Shown here piece after piece: positions 17,393 to 31,799 of a stretch of 64,000 nucleotides of DNA. The stretch lies in the NCBI RefSeq assembly GCF_009914755.1, contig NC_060936.1. One strand, written 5' to 3'. Source of the stretch: the human T2T-CHM13v2.0 reference genome, Homo sapiens. Within the stretch, counting starts at the first letter, position 1; each line of letters starts with the position of its first letter. The position numbers were made by a program, and so were the translations under genes. The notes below the pieces were generated by a model. It did not search any database. It had not been told where the DNA came from and was given only the letters and a program-made list of their open reading frames with translations.

Positions 17393-18334
17393 TAGAACTA
17401 CACATGCCATTATTTCAGTATGTTTCTTTTCTTGTTTGATCTCATTCATTTGCACACTTGAATCCACCAATAATTAAAAACATCTGTGAATATAATCAAT
17501 ACATAAGTAATGAATTTATTGTTTCTTTGGGCCAGAAAACTGTTAAGAACTTGTTATATGCAAGGCATTGGTTTAGAAACCAGATATTCAATGATAAATT
17601 CTTGACCTCACTTAAATTCTTATTGAGATGAAAAGAAATATTATCAAGTCACAAACAGTACAAAGCTGGGTGTGAAAATGCCATAAGGAGAAGATGGAGA
17701 CAACGCTGACATTCAGATTTCTGGCTTAAATGACTGAAAAAATAGTGATGCCATTTACTGACATGGGAACTGCAGGAGAAGCAGCAGATTTGGGAAGAGC
17801 AGTGGATTTGAGGTCCCTGGGGGGCATCCACGTGGAAAAACAGGCCTGATGTTAAGGAGAGAGAACTTAGAGGTTTTGAAATTATCTGGGCATTGGTGAT
17901 AATTAAAATCCTAGGAATGGAACTCATTGCTCCTGGACATTGCATAATGGGAGAAGAAAAGAGAGGCTTAGAAAAAGTACAGGGCTAGTAAAGCGTATCG
18001 CATATTAAGAGAATGATGACTAACCTAATTTGAGATTTAAAGGGATCTGATAGGAGATAAATTAAAAATCAGTTGGGTCTATCCAAAGAGGATAACCCTA
18101 TATGCCAGCCTCCAAAATTTAGACTTTTTTTTTTTTTGGTCATATGTATTGAGTCATAGTTAGAGGTTTTAATTTGGGGACTAGTAGGATTATAGCTATG
18201 CTTATAAGGTAAATCCAGGGTAGTGTGTAGGATGGACATTAGAGAGAAAAGACAGAGGCTGAAGAGTTGAGTTGGAATGTTAATGTGATGATCTAGAATT
18301 AGAGGTAATGAAGGCCTGAAGAACTGTTTTAACA

Positions 18335-18348
18335 GTGTGTGTATGTAG

Positions 18349-18388
<40 letters not shown>
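18335..18388. repeat. (TG)n microsatellite
   Basis: Direct reading; imperfect at the 5' side. Confidence 0.95.
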
Positions 18389-18390
<2 letters not shown>

Positions 18391-19929
18391 TTTCCCCCCA
18401 AATATACTAAATAAAATTGGTATCAACATTTCTTATCAACACTATAGGGAAACAGCATTAAAGGAAATTATGTTACTTAAGGTACTTGAGGTTTGATGTT
18501 CACTCAAACACTTTTGAGTATTTATTTCTGCATTAAAGGTCTTGCATTTCATACATACAGGTGAAAAAAGAGGAAGGCAAGATGTCAAGAGAAAAAAATG
18601 TGGCATATGGCCTGACCCAGTTTATTTGTTGAGAACTTTGTGGAAGCAGGATCAGTAGGATGCGCTGCGATGTATCCTGGCAGTGGAGAGGAAAGTTAAT
18701 AATAACCATAGCCACGGGATGAACAGTGGCTGCTCACTGAGTGTTGCTAAGGGCCATCAAGAGGTGAATGAAAAGAATTATCCTTTTGTTCCCTTCATGG
18801 AGATGCTGGCAAATGAACTGAATTTAACTCAATGAACCACAAAGCCTAAGGGTAACTGTTTTCCTTTGTGGTTTGCTTATTGAAAGTCACTGCTGAGCTG
18901 ATACGGGTGTTGGGGACAATGTCTTTGACCTTGGAGTTCTTAAAACCATCCTCAGACTCAATGAACAGTTGGTAAGGTTTTAGGAATGTCCTAGCAAAAG
19001 CACTCTGGATTCTGCAGGCAAGTGGGATAATTCCTGAAGTATTATTTTAAAAATTGTGTGAAACAGTGGAAATACACTATTTGGAGTCAGATAGATGAGG
19101 GTTTGAGTGCCATTTCTATCACTTGGTGATCCTGAGAAAATCAGTCTCCTTAAGCCTTAGGCAAAATGGGGATAATGATCGATTTTGTGAAAATGTTAAT
19201 AAAATAATATATGGAAAAATAATATATTTGAATTTATAGATGAGACTTAATAGATAAATGTGACTGCCCTCCCATACTTAAGGTCACTAAAAATATTAAT
19301 TAAGAGTATGTTGAATAGAAGAATTTGGAAAAGAAAATCAAGCTAGAGAGAATGGGAGAAATTTCCTTAAGAAACAAAACATAAAATTTTATTAGGACTA
19401 TTTGATTTGCTTAACTGAAACTCTATCAAAAGCCATTTTCTGGTTTTTACATGAATCTTCAAATATTTCTAATCAGCAGTTTTTCTCTTAACTGCCACTC
19501 AGCTTTTGGTTGGATGATGCAGAGATGTAGGTGTTTCGAGTAACTAATACAATTCCCTTCTAGGGTATGTTGCAGGGTGCCTTAACTTACTGTGTATGCA
19601 AGGTAAATAACTCCTAATATGAGACAACAAACAAAATACATGTCTAATCAATTCAGAAAAATGTTTAGGAAGCTCCATAAACATGTTTTCATAAACGCTT
19701 GCTGGCAGCCAACTTGCCTGGCTTTCAGAGTTGCTATAACAACCAGCAGTCCTCTCAGCAGCCTTGGCACTCTGCATTCTTACATCTTTTAATAAGAAAT
19801 ATCATTATCTTGTCTGGGCTCATTAGCTCAATTATTTAAAGCATGGTACTAGTAAAGCCAAGGTAGAGGGTTCAAAAGTATGCATTAGCAAGAAAATTCT
19901 ATCCATGTGTCCTTTGCCAAGGCGACTTG

Positions 19930-22240
19930 TTCATTCATTCATTCATTTAAAAATATTTATTGAATGTCTGCCATGTGCCAGGTTCTGTTCTAGGAGCTAG
20001 AAATAAATCAGTAAAATTAAAAAAAAAATATATATATATATATAAACATGTATATAAACCAACAAAACAACAACAACAAAAAACCAACAAAAAAACCCCA
20101 AAAAAACAAAAATAATTAAGATGCCAGTTTTAGTGATGTCTATAGTCTGGTTTGAGGGGCAAGAAGGGAGACAGATGCTGACTAAGCAACAAATTAATAT
20201 ACATGTAGAAATACATGTAGAGTGAGAACAATGAAGACAAAGCAGGGAAAGGAGACAGGTGCTGTGTTAGGGTGAGGAGAAAGTGCCTCTTGATATGGTG
20301 ACATTAGAGCAGAGATTTCGATGAATTGAATAAGAAAAGCTGTAGCTAAGTCATGGAAGAACGTTTTAAACAGAAGGTTAGCAGGGCACAAGCTCTGAGG
20401 TGAGAGTGTGCTTGGCCGGATCAGGACCAGCCAGGAGACCTGTATGACTGGGGTATTAGTCAGGGTTCTCTAAAGGGACAGAACTAAGTGGATAGATGAA
20501 TATATGAAGGGGAGTTTATTAAGGAGTATTGACTCACAAGATCATAAGGTGAAGTCCCACAATAGGCCACCTGCAAGCTGAGGAGCCAGGAAACCAGTCC
20601 AAGTCCCCAAACCTCAAAAGTAGGAAGGTAGATAGTGCAGCTTTCAGTCTGTGGCCTAAGGCCCGAGAGCCCCTGGCAAATCACTGGTATAAGTGCAAGA
20701 GTCCAAAAGCCGACGAATCTGGAGTCTGATGTATGAGGGCAGGAAGCATAGTACAGGAGAAAGATGGAGGCCAGAAGACTCAGCCAGTCTAGTCCTTTCA
20801 CGTTCCCCTGCCTGCTTTTATCCCAGCCACACTGGAAGTTGATTAGATGGTGCCCACCCAGATTGAGGGTGGGTCTGCCTCTCCCAACCCACTGACTTTG
20901 GCAACACCCTCACAAACACACCCAGGAACAATACATTGCATCCTTCAACCCAATGAAGTTGACACTCAATTGTAACCATCACAATTGGAGTGGAGTGCTC
21001 AAGGGAAGAACAGAAGGTGATGAAATCAGACAGGAAGAGATGATCTGTCCATGCAGGGTCTTGGAAACCACTGTAAGGGATTTTAGATTTTATTCTGAGT
21101 GAGACAGGAAACGAATGCAGAGTTCTGAGTAAAGGGGTAATATAATCTGACATCTACTTTAGGAAAAATTGCTTTGGATCCAGAGACTCTACGTAGGGGC
21201 TCAAGAAGGAAAGGGGATCTGTTAGGAGGTTATTGCAATTAAACAGAGGAGAGGTGATGACAGCTTAGAGCAGGTGCCAAGGATTTAAGAAATAATCAGA
21301 CTCTGGATGTTTTTAGAGGTAGTGCCAGTGGGATTTGCTGATGAAATAAATGTGAAGTTTTTCTCTTGAGCACTAGAAAAATGAAGACAGCATTTCCGCC
21401 CTGGGGAAGACTGAAAAATAAAAGCATGCACAAACTTATTTGTGTGCATGTGTGTGTGTGTGTGTATGTGTGTAAGGCAGAATGGAGTTGTGGATGCCTT
21501 AATGTTGAGATTTCTGTGAGACATCTAAGTGGATACTTTCATCTAGGCAACTAAATGTAAATAATAAAATCTCTTTATAGATTTCAGAGTTCAGGAGAGA
21601 TGTCTGGGCTAAAGATACAACTGTAAGAGTCATCAGTTTATAGATGTAATGTAAGCCACGGGTCTGAATAAGGACACCTAGGAAGTAAAAATGATAGAGA
21701 ATAGAACACAAAGAACTGAGCCTTTGGGTAATACAATGTTAGACTTGGGAAAGATAGGGGAGGGGCATCCAAAAGGAGAGAATGAGAAGGAATGGCCTGC
21801 AAGATGGAAAAACCAAGAGATAATGGGGGTATTGGAAGAAAATTAATTCAATATGAAGGAATTTATCAGTTAAGTCAAATGCTGATGATAGGTCATATAA
21901 AATGAGGGCTGAGAATTGACAAATTCGGCAATGGGAAAGTCACTGATGACTGTAGTTAGAACACTTTTAGTAGGGTGGAAAAGAGAAAAATTTCCTGTTA
22001 AAGAGAGAATAGAGGTGAAGATGGTGATTACAAGATCTTTTGGGAGGTTTTGCTATAAAGTGAGCTGAAAAATTGGACAGTAACTGGGGGTAATGTAGGG
22101 TAAACAGAATTTTAAAAATTCAAATGAGGACTTATTGTGACATGTTTGCATGCTGATGAGGATAATCGACAGAGAGGGGAAAATTGATGATGTGCGTGAG
22201 AGCAGGGGTAGTGAAGCCTTTGAGTAGACAAGAGGGGCCA
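19930..22240 (-). mobile_element. Long degraded L2 interrupted by an MLT2 LTR and microsatellites
   Basis: L2 3' tail ttcattcattcatt...atttattgaatg...tgtgccagg, followed by purine-rich L2 body text (ggattttagattttattctgagtgagac, gagttcaggagag). Confidence 0.75.
20452..20983 (-). mobile_element. MLT2A-like (ERVL) solo LTR
   Basis: gtattagtcagggttctct...aaccatcaca termini; 5-bp TSD ACTGG (20447-20451) / ATTGG (20984-20988). Confidence 0.9.
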
Positions 22241-25200
22241 CATAGTTTAAATGTGGGAAATTTCATTCATTCATTCCAAAAAGTTAAGCAAACATCTACC
22301 ATGTGCCAAATACACAGCTAAGTACTAGGAACACAGAAATGAATAAAACATGGTTCCCATTATCAAAGAAGTCATTTCTTTGGGAGGGAGAATAAGCATT
22401 TTCTCTAATTAATAATTCACGTTCAATGCAGTGATGGTAATGTCAGAGAAATGTACCCAGGGCTCTTTTCTGGGATCTTTTCATTACAGCATGCTGAATC
22501 TTGGGCTGCCATGTCATTAGAAGCCTAGATTCAAGACCTTCATTTCCATCATGCATTGACATGTTCTGGGCTGTACTACTGATGAGACTGATTTAGGCAA
22601 GAGTTCTGGGCATGAATTGGTGCTGTGGCTGCACAGATAAAGTCGAGGTGATAGATTTGAGAACTGTGTGCTAGGTAAATCAGCAATCCTGGTGATTGGT
22701 TGACTTGAAGTAAGGTAAAGAAGAGGGAGGCTCAAGGATAACTCCTAGGTTTCCCATATTTAGTTTTATCCTGGAAGCGAGGATGCTGATAAACAGATTC
22801 CTAACAGGTAGCGTGGGTGGATAAGAAGAAGAATCTGGGCCCTTTTCTTAAAAAAAATTAAGGTCTGATAAATACCTGATACTTTCAAAAATATTTGAAA
22901 GCAGCCAGATATTTCTGTCTATAAAAAGAAAAAAAAAATAGACCTGATCTCTATAGGATGTCACAAACGCTCAAAAAATAAAAGATAGGAAAGACTAATA
23001 ATACAATGCTAGAACACTTTTTGATACTACCTAAGAGACTTAAGAAAAAAAACACCAAACCCCCAAAACACAGAGTTCTTGGTATGATGTATTTGTTTTT
23101 CCATAGAATGGTTTGAGAAATTCAGTGAAAATTAATTGGAACATGTGGTTGTCATTCACATGGTTCCAGACTTTATGGGCTTAATAAAAACATTATGAAT
23201 AGTTTTTGGAGTTTTGGGAGAAGCGAACATGGCTGGTCTAGGTATCTGCTTTTAGGTTAATCCCTCTACGCAGGAAGTTTCACAGTGTCATACAGTGCTT
23301 TTCAATTTTTCCCACTCAAATGCTCCCACTATCAGAGGGATGAGAATGAGCTTCCCTGGATGGCAGAGGAAGAAAGGGGGTAGGGTAGTCTGAGGGTGTA
23401 ACTTGAAGTTTCAAGTTGCAAACATAAAGTTTCCTTTAAGTCTAGTATTTCAATTTAACAGTTTAGCAAATTTTCTGTGCAATTCCGTAAAATATTCATT
23501 TCTTTCATATAGAAATAATAGAGTCTCCCCCTCCCCCCACCTTACCCTGCTCTGAATCACTGAGTAAAACCTATGCATGGCGAAGATATGTCATGTTTTA
23601 TCTCATGACTTTGATTGCATCCTTGTATCCTGTCACAAAGCAGGGGAAGGGGAAAGACACAGAACCAAGTTTCAGGAGGCCTGGACTCTTCTACGCCAGT
23701 TCGACATTTATTTTTTAATTTTCTTTGCACTCTACTTATTTCCAAGAGGAGTTTTGGAGTTGCTGTAAGACTTTTAGAAAATATAAATGATCTGTGCCTT
23801 GATTTCCTTATTTCTAAAAACAAAGAAGTTACTCTACATGATCTCGATATTCCCTTCTTATCGATTAAGAGTCTACCCACTTTTGGTCCAAGCAAAATGT
23901 TAACAGGGCTAGTGGATGGTGGTACCAAATGTATACTGGTAACCGATCAATTAACATTTTGGAAAAAATGGAATATTCAGCTAAGATTTGAGTCATGATG
24001 GAAACCTTGAATTTAAAAAAAACTAACCTTGGGAGATTATTAGAACTTAGAATCCACATATTTGACATGTGCTGTAAAAAGAGGTTATTTCTTGAGAAGT
24101 AGAATTGCAACTTTCTGCTGAAAAAATATCAATCCTCCAAGGCATCCTCAGTAAGCCCACAGGCAAACTCCCACCTCAGCAGACTGAATAATTTGCCTAT
24201 AAAATATCACGTTGAATTTGGGAGGCTGAATATGGTGGGAAAAGTTTCATGTAGGAGAGGACCTGCCCTGGAGATGCTCGCTGAGGTGGCAAAGGCAACT
24301 GGACTCTCAAAGTAGTCCTCCGTTTAACAACATCCCTTTCTCAGGTACTTCTCTCATCTGCCCGATTACTTTTTTTTTTAAAGCCTGACAGGAATGATGC
24401 TTCCAGATTCTGAGATGGTAACAATGATCTAAATAGACTGTCATCATTTATCAGCATTCACAAAGAGAAAACAGCTATGAATTTCCAGTGGGAAAAAAAA
24501 CTTTAGAATCAAAAAAGCAAAAGGTACATAATGCTGTATCCAGTGAAAACTTATAAAAGTGTAATGTTCGCTTTAAACACAATACACCACCCTGAGAGGG
24601 TTGCCTTCAGTAAGGAATTGTTTTCCTCTGGGAAGGAAATCACTGGCAATACCAAATCTATAAGGAGTGCCTTAGAAACTTGGCTGCACCAAGGGCCGTG
24701 TAGTTTTGGGAAAACTCAGCCTGTTTTCTTTGTCTCTAGACATTTTTTAGACTTGATAATCCCTCACATGGGTGTTGGGGTGTCTTCAAGGTCTCCAACT
24801 CTGTGCTGTACTTCGATCAGCAAATGCTTGGGGAGAATTTCTGTTTTGATTGCATCTGCCATTTGCCTCCACAAATTAGACTTTTTTAAATAAAATGTAA
24901 TCCTTTTTTGCTGAGACAAGGATGAACACAATTTATTTTGAAAAGATACATAAAATGTATTATAAAAGACACAATGTGCAAACCAGAAATTGAAAACTAA
25001 AAACGAACATCACCTACACAGAAAATTCTAAGTTCTTAAACCAGTTGGTTGAACGACCTTGGGCAAGTTGTTTAACTTCTTTGAATCAATTTCTTCTTTA
25101 TCTGTAAAATAAATACTTATAATCGTTTCAAGAAAGTTTATTGACTAGAATCCCTGGAGCCATTCAAACAGATTCATATTAGCCCTCAGCGTGGCTAATG

Positions 25201-28200
25201 GCTTCATCTCAATTCTAAGTGCGGCACATACTTTCTTGAAAGTATTGTTAAGTATTTATTTTATAGATGAAAACTGGTTAAAAACTACACAGTAGCTGCA
25301 TACTGTAATGGATTCTGAAAAGGCCTAGTTCAAACTCTGACCTTCTATAAATAACATTGTGGCCTGCCATATGAAAAGACAGTATTGCTAGTGTCCTGTT
25401 GCTGCATGGGTGATGAAATTAGGACACGGACCATGAATGAGTTGCCTGATTCTGAATCAGACTATCAGGCAGTACAGAAGGATGCCTTCCTCTAAGAGTT
25501 CATTATTTCCTATTAGAATGCTGTGTGTGCTGCACATAGAATTGAGGTGGAGCCCTTAGCCACACTGATGGCTAATTTGAACCTGTTTGAATGGCTCCAG
25601 GGATTCCAGCCAATAAACAGAAACTTGTCTGTTCATCTGTACATTCCTCTCAAATTGGTTGAAATAAATCCTCAACACTTGATGTTTCTGACCTGGTTCA
25701 CAGATACTCAGGAGCAGCCTGTGGTATAGCATTATGAGAAATTTTCCAGTCTGTTGAGTAGAAGTAATCCAATCCTGTCACTGTTTGTGGTAGAAAGGAG
25801 AGAGAATATAGAGATGAGATCCAAGAAAACAAGAAAAGTTCTGAGGCCTAGAAGAAGTGGAATTCTGTGGCAAAAAGTCTGGAGAAACTGAATTTGAGTT
25901 TATGGAAAAAGCCAAAAGACAGAACATCCTGGAGAATAGAGCCACTCTTTGACTGGAAGCTTGGAGGATGATTGTGAGTAGAATGGCCTATGTCTAATTC
26001 TACATGCAGGAGGATGGAGCAGGTGGGGCCGTTTCAGGGCCAGGAAAGGGTCTCCCTTCTACTGGACTGGGATGAAACAAGAGCCAAGGAACAAATTGAG
26101 TTGCAGTAGCAGATAGAGGAGGTCCAGTCTGAGGGTAAAGCATGGTGTCCAAGTAGCATTCAGCAATGGCAGAGCATAAAGTAGATAGTTCCAACTGGTA
26201 GCCCAAGATAAAGAAGCATTCAAATGTATGCCTGTGGATGGTGTTCCCTTCCCACAAGGCACAGAGGATTCTGGGTCAGGCATCACTCAGAGTTCCAGAG
26301 GGAAGGGTATACATCTGTCAATGCATAGCAGGTCTCAGTTATTCAGCCCAAAGCAAACCATTGGCTAAAACCTTTGATAAAAAGAAATGTGACATGTAGC
26401 ATGGAGGGTGGGGCAAGACTGAGGCTCAGGAATGGGACAGGGCCTGTCAGAATTACCAGAAGTGAGGCAGCACCACAAGACTAGATCAGCAGCAAGAGTT
26501 ATTTGAGGTGCAGTCACAAAAGGTGAGTTAGAATTTAAATACATGCCACTTTGGGTCTGATTTGGTCTTAAGTGTGTAGGCCAAGGCTCAGTCTTGAGGT
26601 AGAGCATGATCTCATTTGTGGTAAGTTGAGAGTATGCTGAAATTCAGCATGAAAATGGAGATCAGAGATCCTCCACCTTGCTGTCAGTCTAGACAGAGAC
26701 TGAAAAACTGGGTTAAAACTTTAAAGTCTTTATATCTTGGATATGGAGATAAACAAGGTAATACTGCCTGGATAAATAGGGGAAGAAGCTATCAAAATGG
26801 TATTGATCTTTCCATTTAAGACTATCTATTACCATTCATCTCTTCAACATTTGAAAAGATGTTCAGTATAACATTGGGATTTTAAGTGATGATTGTATCA
26901 AAAAATGATAAGTTTAAAACATTTTAAACTTATCAGTGCACAAGAACGGGATGAATGCTTATCCAGTATTTCTTTCTGTATTTATTATTTGAGTAAATCA
27001 TGAGTAATAGGTTGGTCCCTTATTTAAAATTTTAGTTATGGTCAATTTTAAGAGGAACACAATAATCTTTTTTTTTGTCTTCTGTACAGTTATATCAATT
27101 TTAGCAGTTTGGTGTCTAGTTTTACCAATGCTATTTTATGATCTTTGCCATTTGCCATGGTACAATGTGTTTAAATGGCACATCAAGGTATACTGATGGT
27201 TGCCATTTGCTTAATAACTTAAAAGTAATCCAGCAATTTCTTCCACTTTTATTTCTTAACATATGATTTTGTTTTGTGAAACATGAAAGATGAGTCTTAT
27301 ATTTAGGAACCATTTGGTTGGGAAGCTGGGAGAGTAAAATTTAATTGATTTTTTTTCTTCTGCAGCTCTTGAAGAAATAGCATGTGAATCCAGATTAGGT
27401 GGCATCATGTATATTTTTGTAAAAGGAATTTTTACTTGCTTAGGCTGAATTCATCCTTATAAGCCTCCCTCAGCCATCCTTAATTCCTCCCTTTCTCTCA
27501 CTCCTGAAGTCAAGGATTACTATGTTTTATTCCTTTTTCTGCTGCAATATCCCGGACTCTTCTCTGTCCATCACTATAGCCACATCAGCTAATAAGCTCC
27601 TCTTCCTGTGTCCTTCTTCCCTCTCTACTCATCCTCTATAGTGCCATCAAAGTCAGAGTATTAATAAACAAATCCTGACATGTCAGTGTGCTTACTCCCC
27701 ACATTTTGAACGGATTAAGTTCAAATGCCTCACAGGATGGCATTTGAGGTGCTGATCCTAATTTATCTTTCTAACCTTGTTTCTTGCCTCTTTCTTCCAT
27801 TCCTCACATGCAAACACTGAACTCCAGTAACACCACTTTGTCTTCTCAACATACTCTGCACTATTGTGTCTTCATGCCCCTTGGTACATGCTATTTCCTC
27901 TGCCCAGATATTCTTCCTGGGCTTCTGTACCTGTTGACCCCTTCAACTCATCCTTTAAGGACTGGTTCAAAGACCACTTCTGTGACATCATCCCTGATTC
28001 CCACAGAGTTAAACAAGACTTCTATGACACGCCACAGCATCTGAAATACATCTGTGCTGGAAACTTCTACTATATTGCCTTGTAATGATTTGTTAGTGAA
28101 CCTCTCTCTTCCACTTGGTCTGTAGCTCCAGAAAACCAGTGGCTGTTCGTTGCCTACTCGTCTTTGCTTTATTCTTCCTTCTGCCTGTCCACCTGCTCTC

Positions 28201-28799
28201 CCAACATCCAGGGGCCAGGACAGTCCCTGGCACACAATGAACACCCAACAAACACTTGGTTTAAGCAATGAATTATTATCTTGCACGAGATTTCATGAGT
28301 CTCTTTAGTTTTGCTTTCTTAACTTACTTAATGCTTATTAAGATGACTTTTCACTTTCAGTTCTTCCTGTTTGATTCCAGTTCTTAGTCATGTCTTCCCC
28401 TTGGCACAAAACTGATTGAGCAATATATGCTGAAGCCTCACTCTTCAAATTTCATGACAAAGTCTGAGGGTCCCAGGACTTTGGCCAAGCACAAATAGTA
28501 AGTGTCTGGGAGGCATCAACTAAATTATCTGCCAGTGAAAATGCTCTGTCTTCTTTGTCTCAGTTGTTTATGCAGAACAACCAACCGTTCCTGTAAAGTT
28601 ATTTTTCCTAATTTTTAGCCTAAACTTTTCAATAGATAGAGGCCGTTTCTCCCTGTCTCCTCCTATCTCCTCATCTTCTGAGACTGTAAATTATCCTGTA
28701 ACTTCATTTATAATGGGAACATATTTATTTTCTGTGATGATGGCTCCCCTGAGCCTTTCTTTTTCTTAGCTACATAAAGTTAACTTCCTCTGTGGCAAA

Positions 28800-29335
28800 T
28801 TAAGGACAGATTACAAGCAGCCTGGGAACCGGGCTCCGTCACCACAGGGGGCCGCCTACTCAGCCTCCTTCTGTTCAGCCATGGGAAAGATGCAGCTGCT
28901 AAGCCAGCCGGGTGCTGGGCTGCTCTCCCCCTGCCTCTCCTGATCCCTCGGAGGGAGTTGAGAAGTCCCTTTCTCCATCAGTCTCTGGTTGGTGTCTGAT
29001 GCTCTGTTTTCTAGCCTCTCTTCTTCTGCTCCTCCCCTCCCCCAGCTGCCTACCAACTCCTTCCCACCCCCAGGCCAGCAGTGACTGCCTCCAAGACTCC
29101 CCCTCCTTCCAGCACCGCCTCATGGTTTCCATGGCAACAGAAAATGTTGGTGGGAAGCAAAAATGCTGAACTGCAACTCGTGTTGGGGCTGGGAGGAGGA
29201 GGTGAAATGTGGGCCTCTCTGGAGGCTGTAGAAAGGTGGGGAGAAAGAAGCCAGGTGAGAAGCCCTGAGAAGAAAGGACCACGAGGCTCGAAAGGAAGGT
29301 GCATTGGCAAGCGGGGATCACTTTGATCAGAAAAA
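28800..29335. promoter_or_regulatory. GC/CpG-enriched unique segment with an RFX X-box (candidate intronic enhancer or promoter)
   Basis: Sharp rise in GC, several retained CpGs, GTTTCCATGGCAAC at 29125-29138, no recognisable repeat. Confidence 0.55.
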
Positions 29336-29388
29336 TCAGCTAGGAGGAAGAAATAGGAAAGAGTTATAAAAAGTAATAGAGAATCCTG

Positions 29389-29522
29389 GGCCGGGTGAAG
29401 TGGCTCACACCTGTAATCCCAGAACTTTGGGAGGCTGAGATGAGAGGACTGCTTGAGCCCAGGAGTTTGAGACCGGCTTAGACAACATAGCGAGACCTTG
29501 TCCCCGCCTTCAAAAAAAAAAA
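29389..29522 (+). mobile_element. FLAM-type Alu monomer
   Basis: Left monomer plus poly(A). TSD AAAAAGTAATAGAGAATCCT (29368-29387) / AAAAAGTAATGAAGAATCCT (29521-29540). Confidence 0.88.
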
Positions 29523-29965
29523 AAAGTAATGAAGAATCCTATATATAGTGGTTGATTGAGGGATTACGTTAGGTATAAAACTGGGAATAGGTGACTTTAT
29601 ATTGAAGGTGAGTAGTGAAAGTCAACAAACATAGTGGCCAAAAAAAGGGGGGCTTGAGAGTTTAACAATAATATACATACATGAAAAACAAAAGTAATAT
29701 TAACAGATCTGGGCTTGTAAATTAACTATTGTCCTTACTTATCAGCCAAGTGTTACTTATCTTCTCTGAGCCTTAGTCTTCTTTTTGCTTGTCTATTAAT
29801 ATAGTGTTATCAATATCCACCTCAAAAAGTTGTTGTGAGGATCAAGTTTAAATAAAGCACATAAAGTGGCCACTCATATAGCAGGTAAGGTAGGAATTTT
29901 TCTTTTAACCATTGTATGAGGTTGAGGAATGGTACTTCAAATGGGTCTTGGAGCTGGAAACTTAA

Positions 29966-30446
<481 letters not shown>

Positions 30447-31614
30447 TAAAAAATAAGAAGAACCATCCTTTCCTTTTAAATAACCTCCCTGTCTGTGCTT
30501 TTCAAGAAGCCTGTGGTGTTGACTCATTCTCTCTCCTTTACAGCCACAATATTGTTGGCATCATAACTTCTCATTTCTTTTCTCTCTCTTCAGTGAAAGG
30601 GGTTGCTGCAGAAATTATGTTCTAAACCCACAATCATGTTTATAATGGTCCACGAATATTTTTTGACTGAATGTCTGTGTCATCACTTCCTTCAGAAGTC
30701 CAAGGCAAGAAAAGCTAAGAAGTTGTGGCCCAACTAGAGATGCCCATAAGCCTATTTACTCCGGGCTGTCTCTTTGCAATCTTAGAAGATGTCAAGTTAC
30801 TGCAGAGGCTCTACTTCATGCCTCCTTTTCCTGAAATTGGGACAATAATAGCAACGATGATAACTAGCGCCTGAACTTGTTGTTCCAAAGTGCCTGACAT
30901 GAATGGAATCATATAAACTTCAACTCAACCCAATGGAATTAGCATGTTGTTACCGTGACGGTTTCCACATGTGGAAACTGAAGCACAGAGACATTAAGTA
31001 ATTTTCTTAAGGTAATATACCTCGTAAGTTTCAGGGCTGGAATTTGAATCTAGGCAGAATCTACCTCCTTAATCATCTCCACTGTGCTACCCTCTAGGGA
31101 AGAAATATCTGGAACTGTGGCTTGATGATATTACTACTGCTTTTTATAGACAACGATTTTTTTCCTCACTTGGTATCATCTAATGAATAAAGAAGGAACG
31201 TGTTACTGTACTTCTATTTCAAGATGTGTACTGAGCCCATTGGTTTATCTTTTTTCTCCTCTTAGATCCCAGTAAAAAAAGCTAAAAAAAGAATTCATGA
31301 TCTAACAATAATGAGGATAATTGGAGAAAAGCTATATGGATCTGGGAGATTTCAATAAATTTCCAGAAGTCAGAAAGAGCGTGGAAAGATGATGCAGTGG
31401 GGCAGAGGTAGCTTTGGGCTAGTGTGTTTGCAGAGGGTCCTGAATCAAAAAAAGAGCCCAAGTTGCCCATCAGAACCTCGGAAGTTTCAGTCTGAGAGAA
31501 TGGAGATGGGATGGAGGAGGAGATAGAGAAGTGAGTAGAAAATGAGGATGAATTTAAAGGTCTGTGTATTGAACAGCTGCCCACCTGCCTGTAACACACA
31601 TATCCCCACCCCAA

Positions 31615-31658
31615 TCTCTCTTTCTCTCTCTGTTTCTCTCTGTCTCTATCCCTTTCTG

Positions 31659-31731
<73 letters not shown>
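31615..31731. repeat. Compound (TC)n(CA)n microsatellite
   Basis: Direct reading; long perfect CA run ~31676-31731. Confidence 0.95.
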
Positions 31732-31799
31732 AGGCATTTACCCTCCATTCTCAGGTCAAAAAGGAAGTAAGGCTAACTCTCTAAAGACATTTTAAAAAG

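Noticed and set aside
23557-24893. Cluster of 120-127-aa ORFs on both strands
   Set aside because: No domain similarity, mutually overlapping, no convincing splice signals; consistent with chance.
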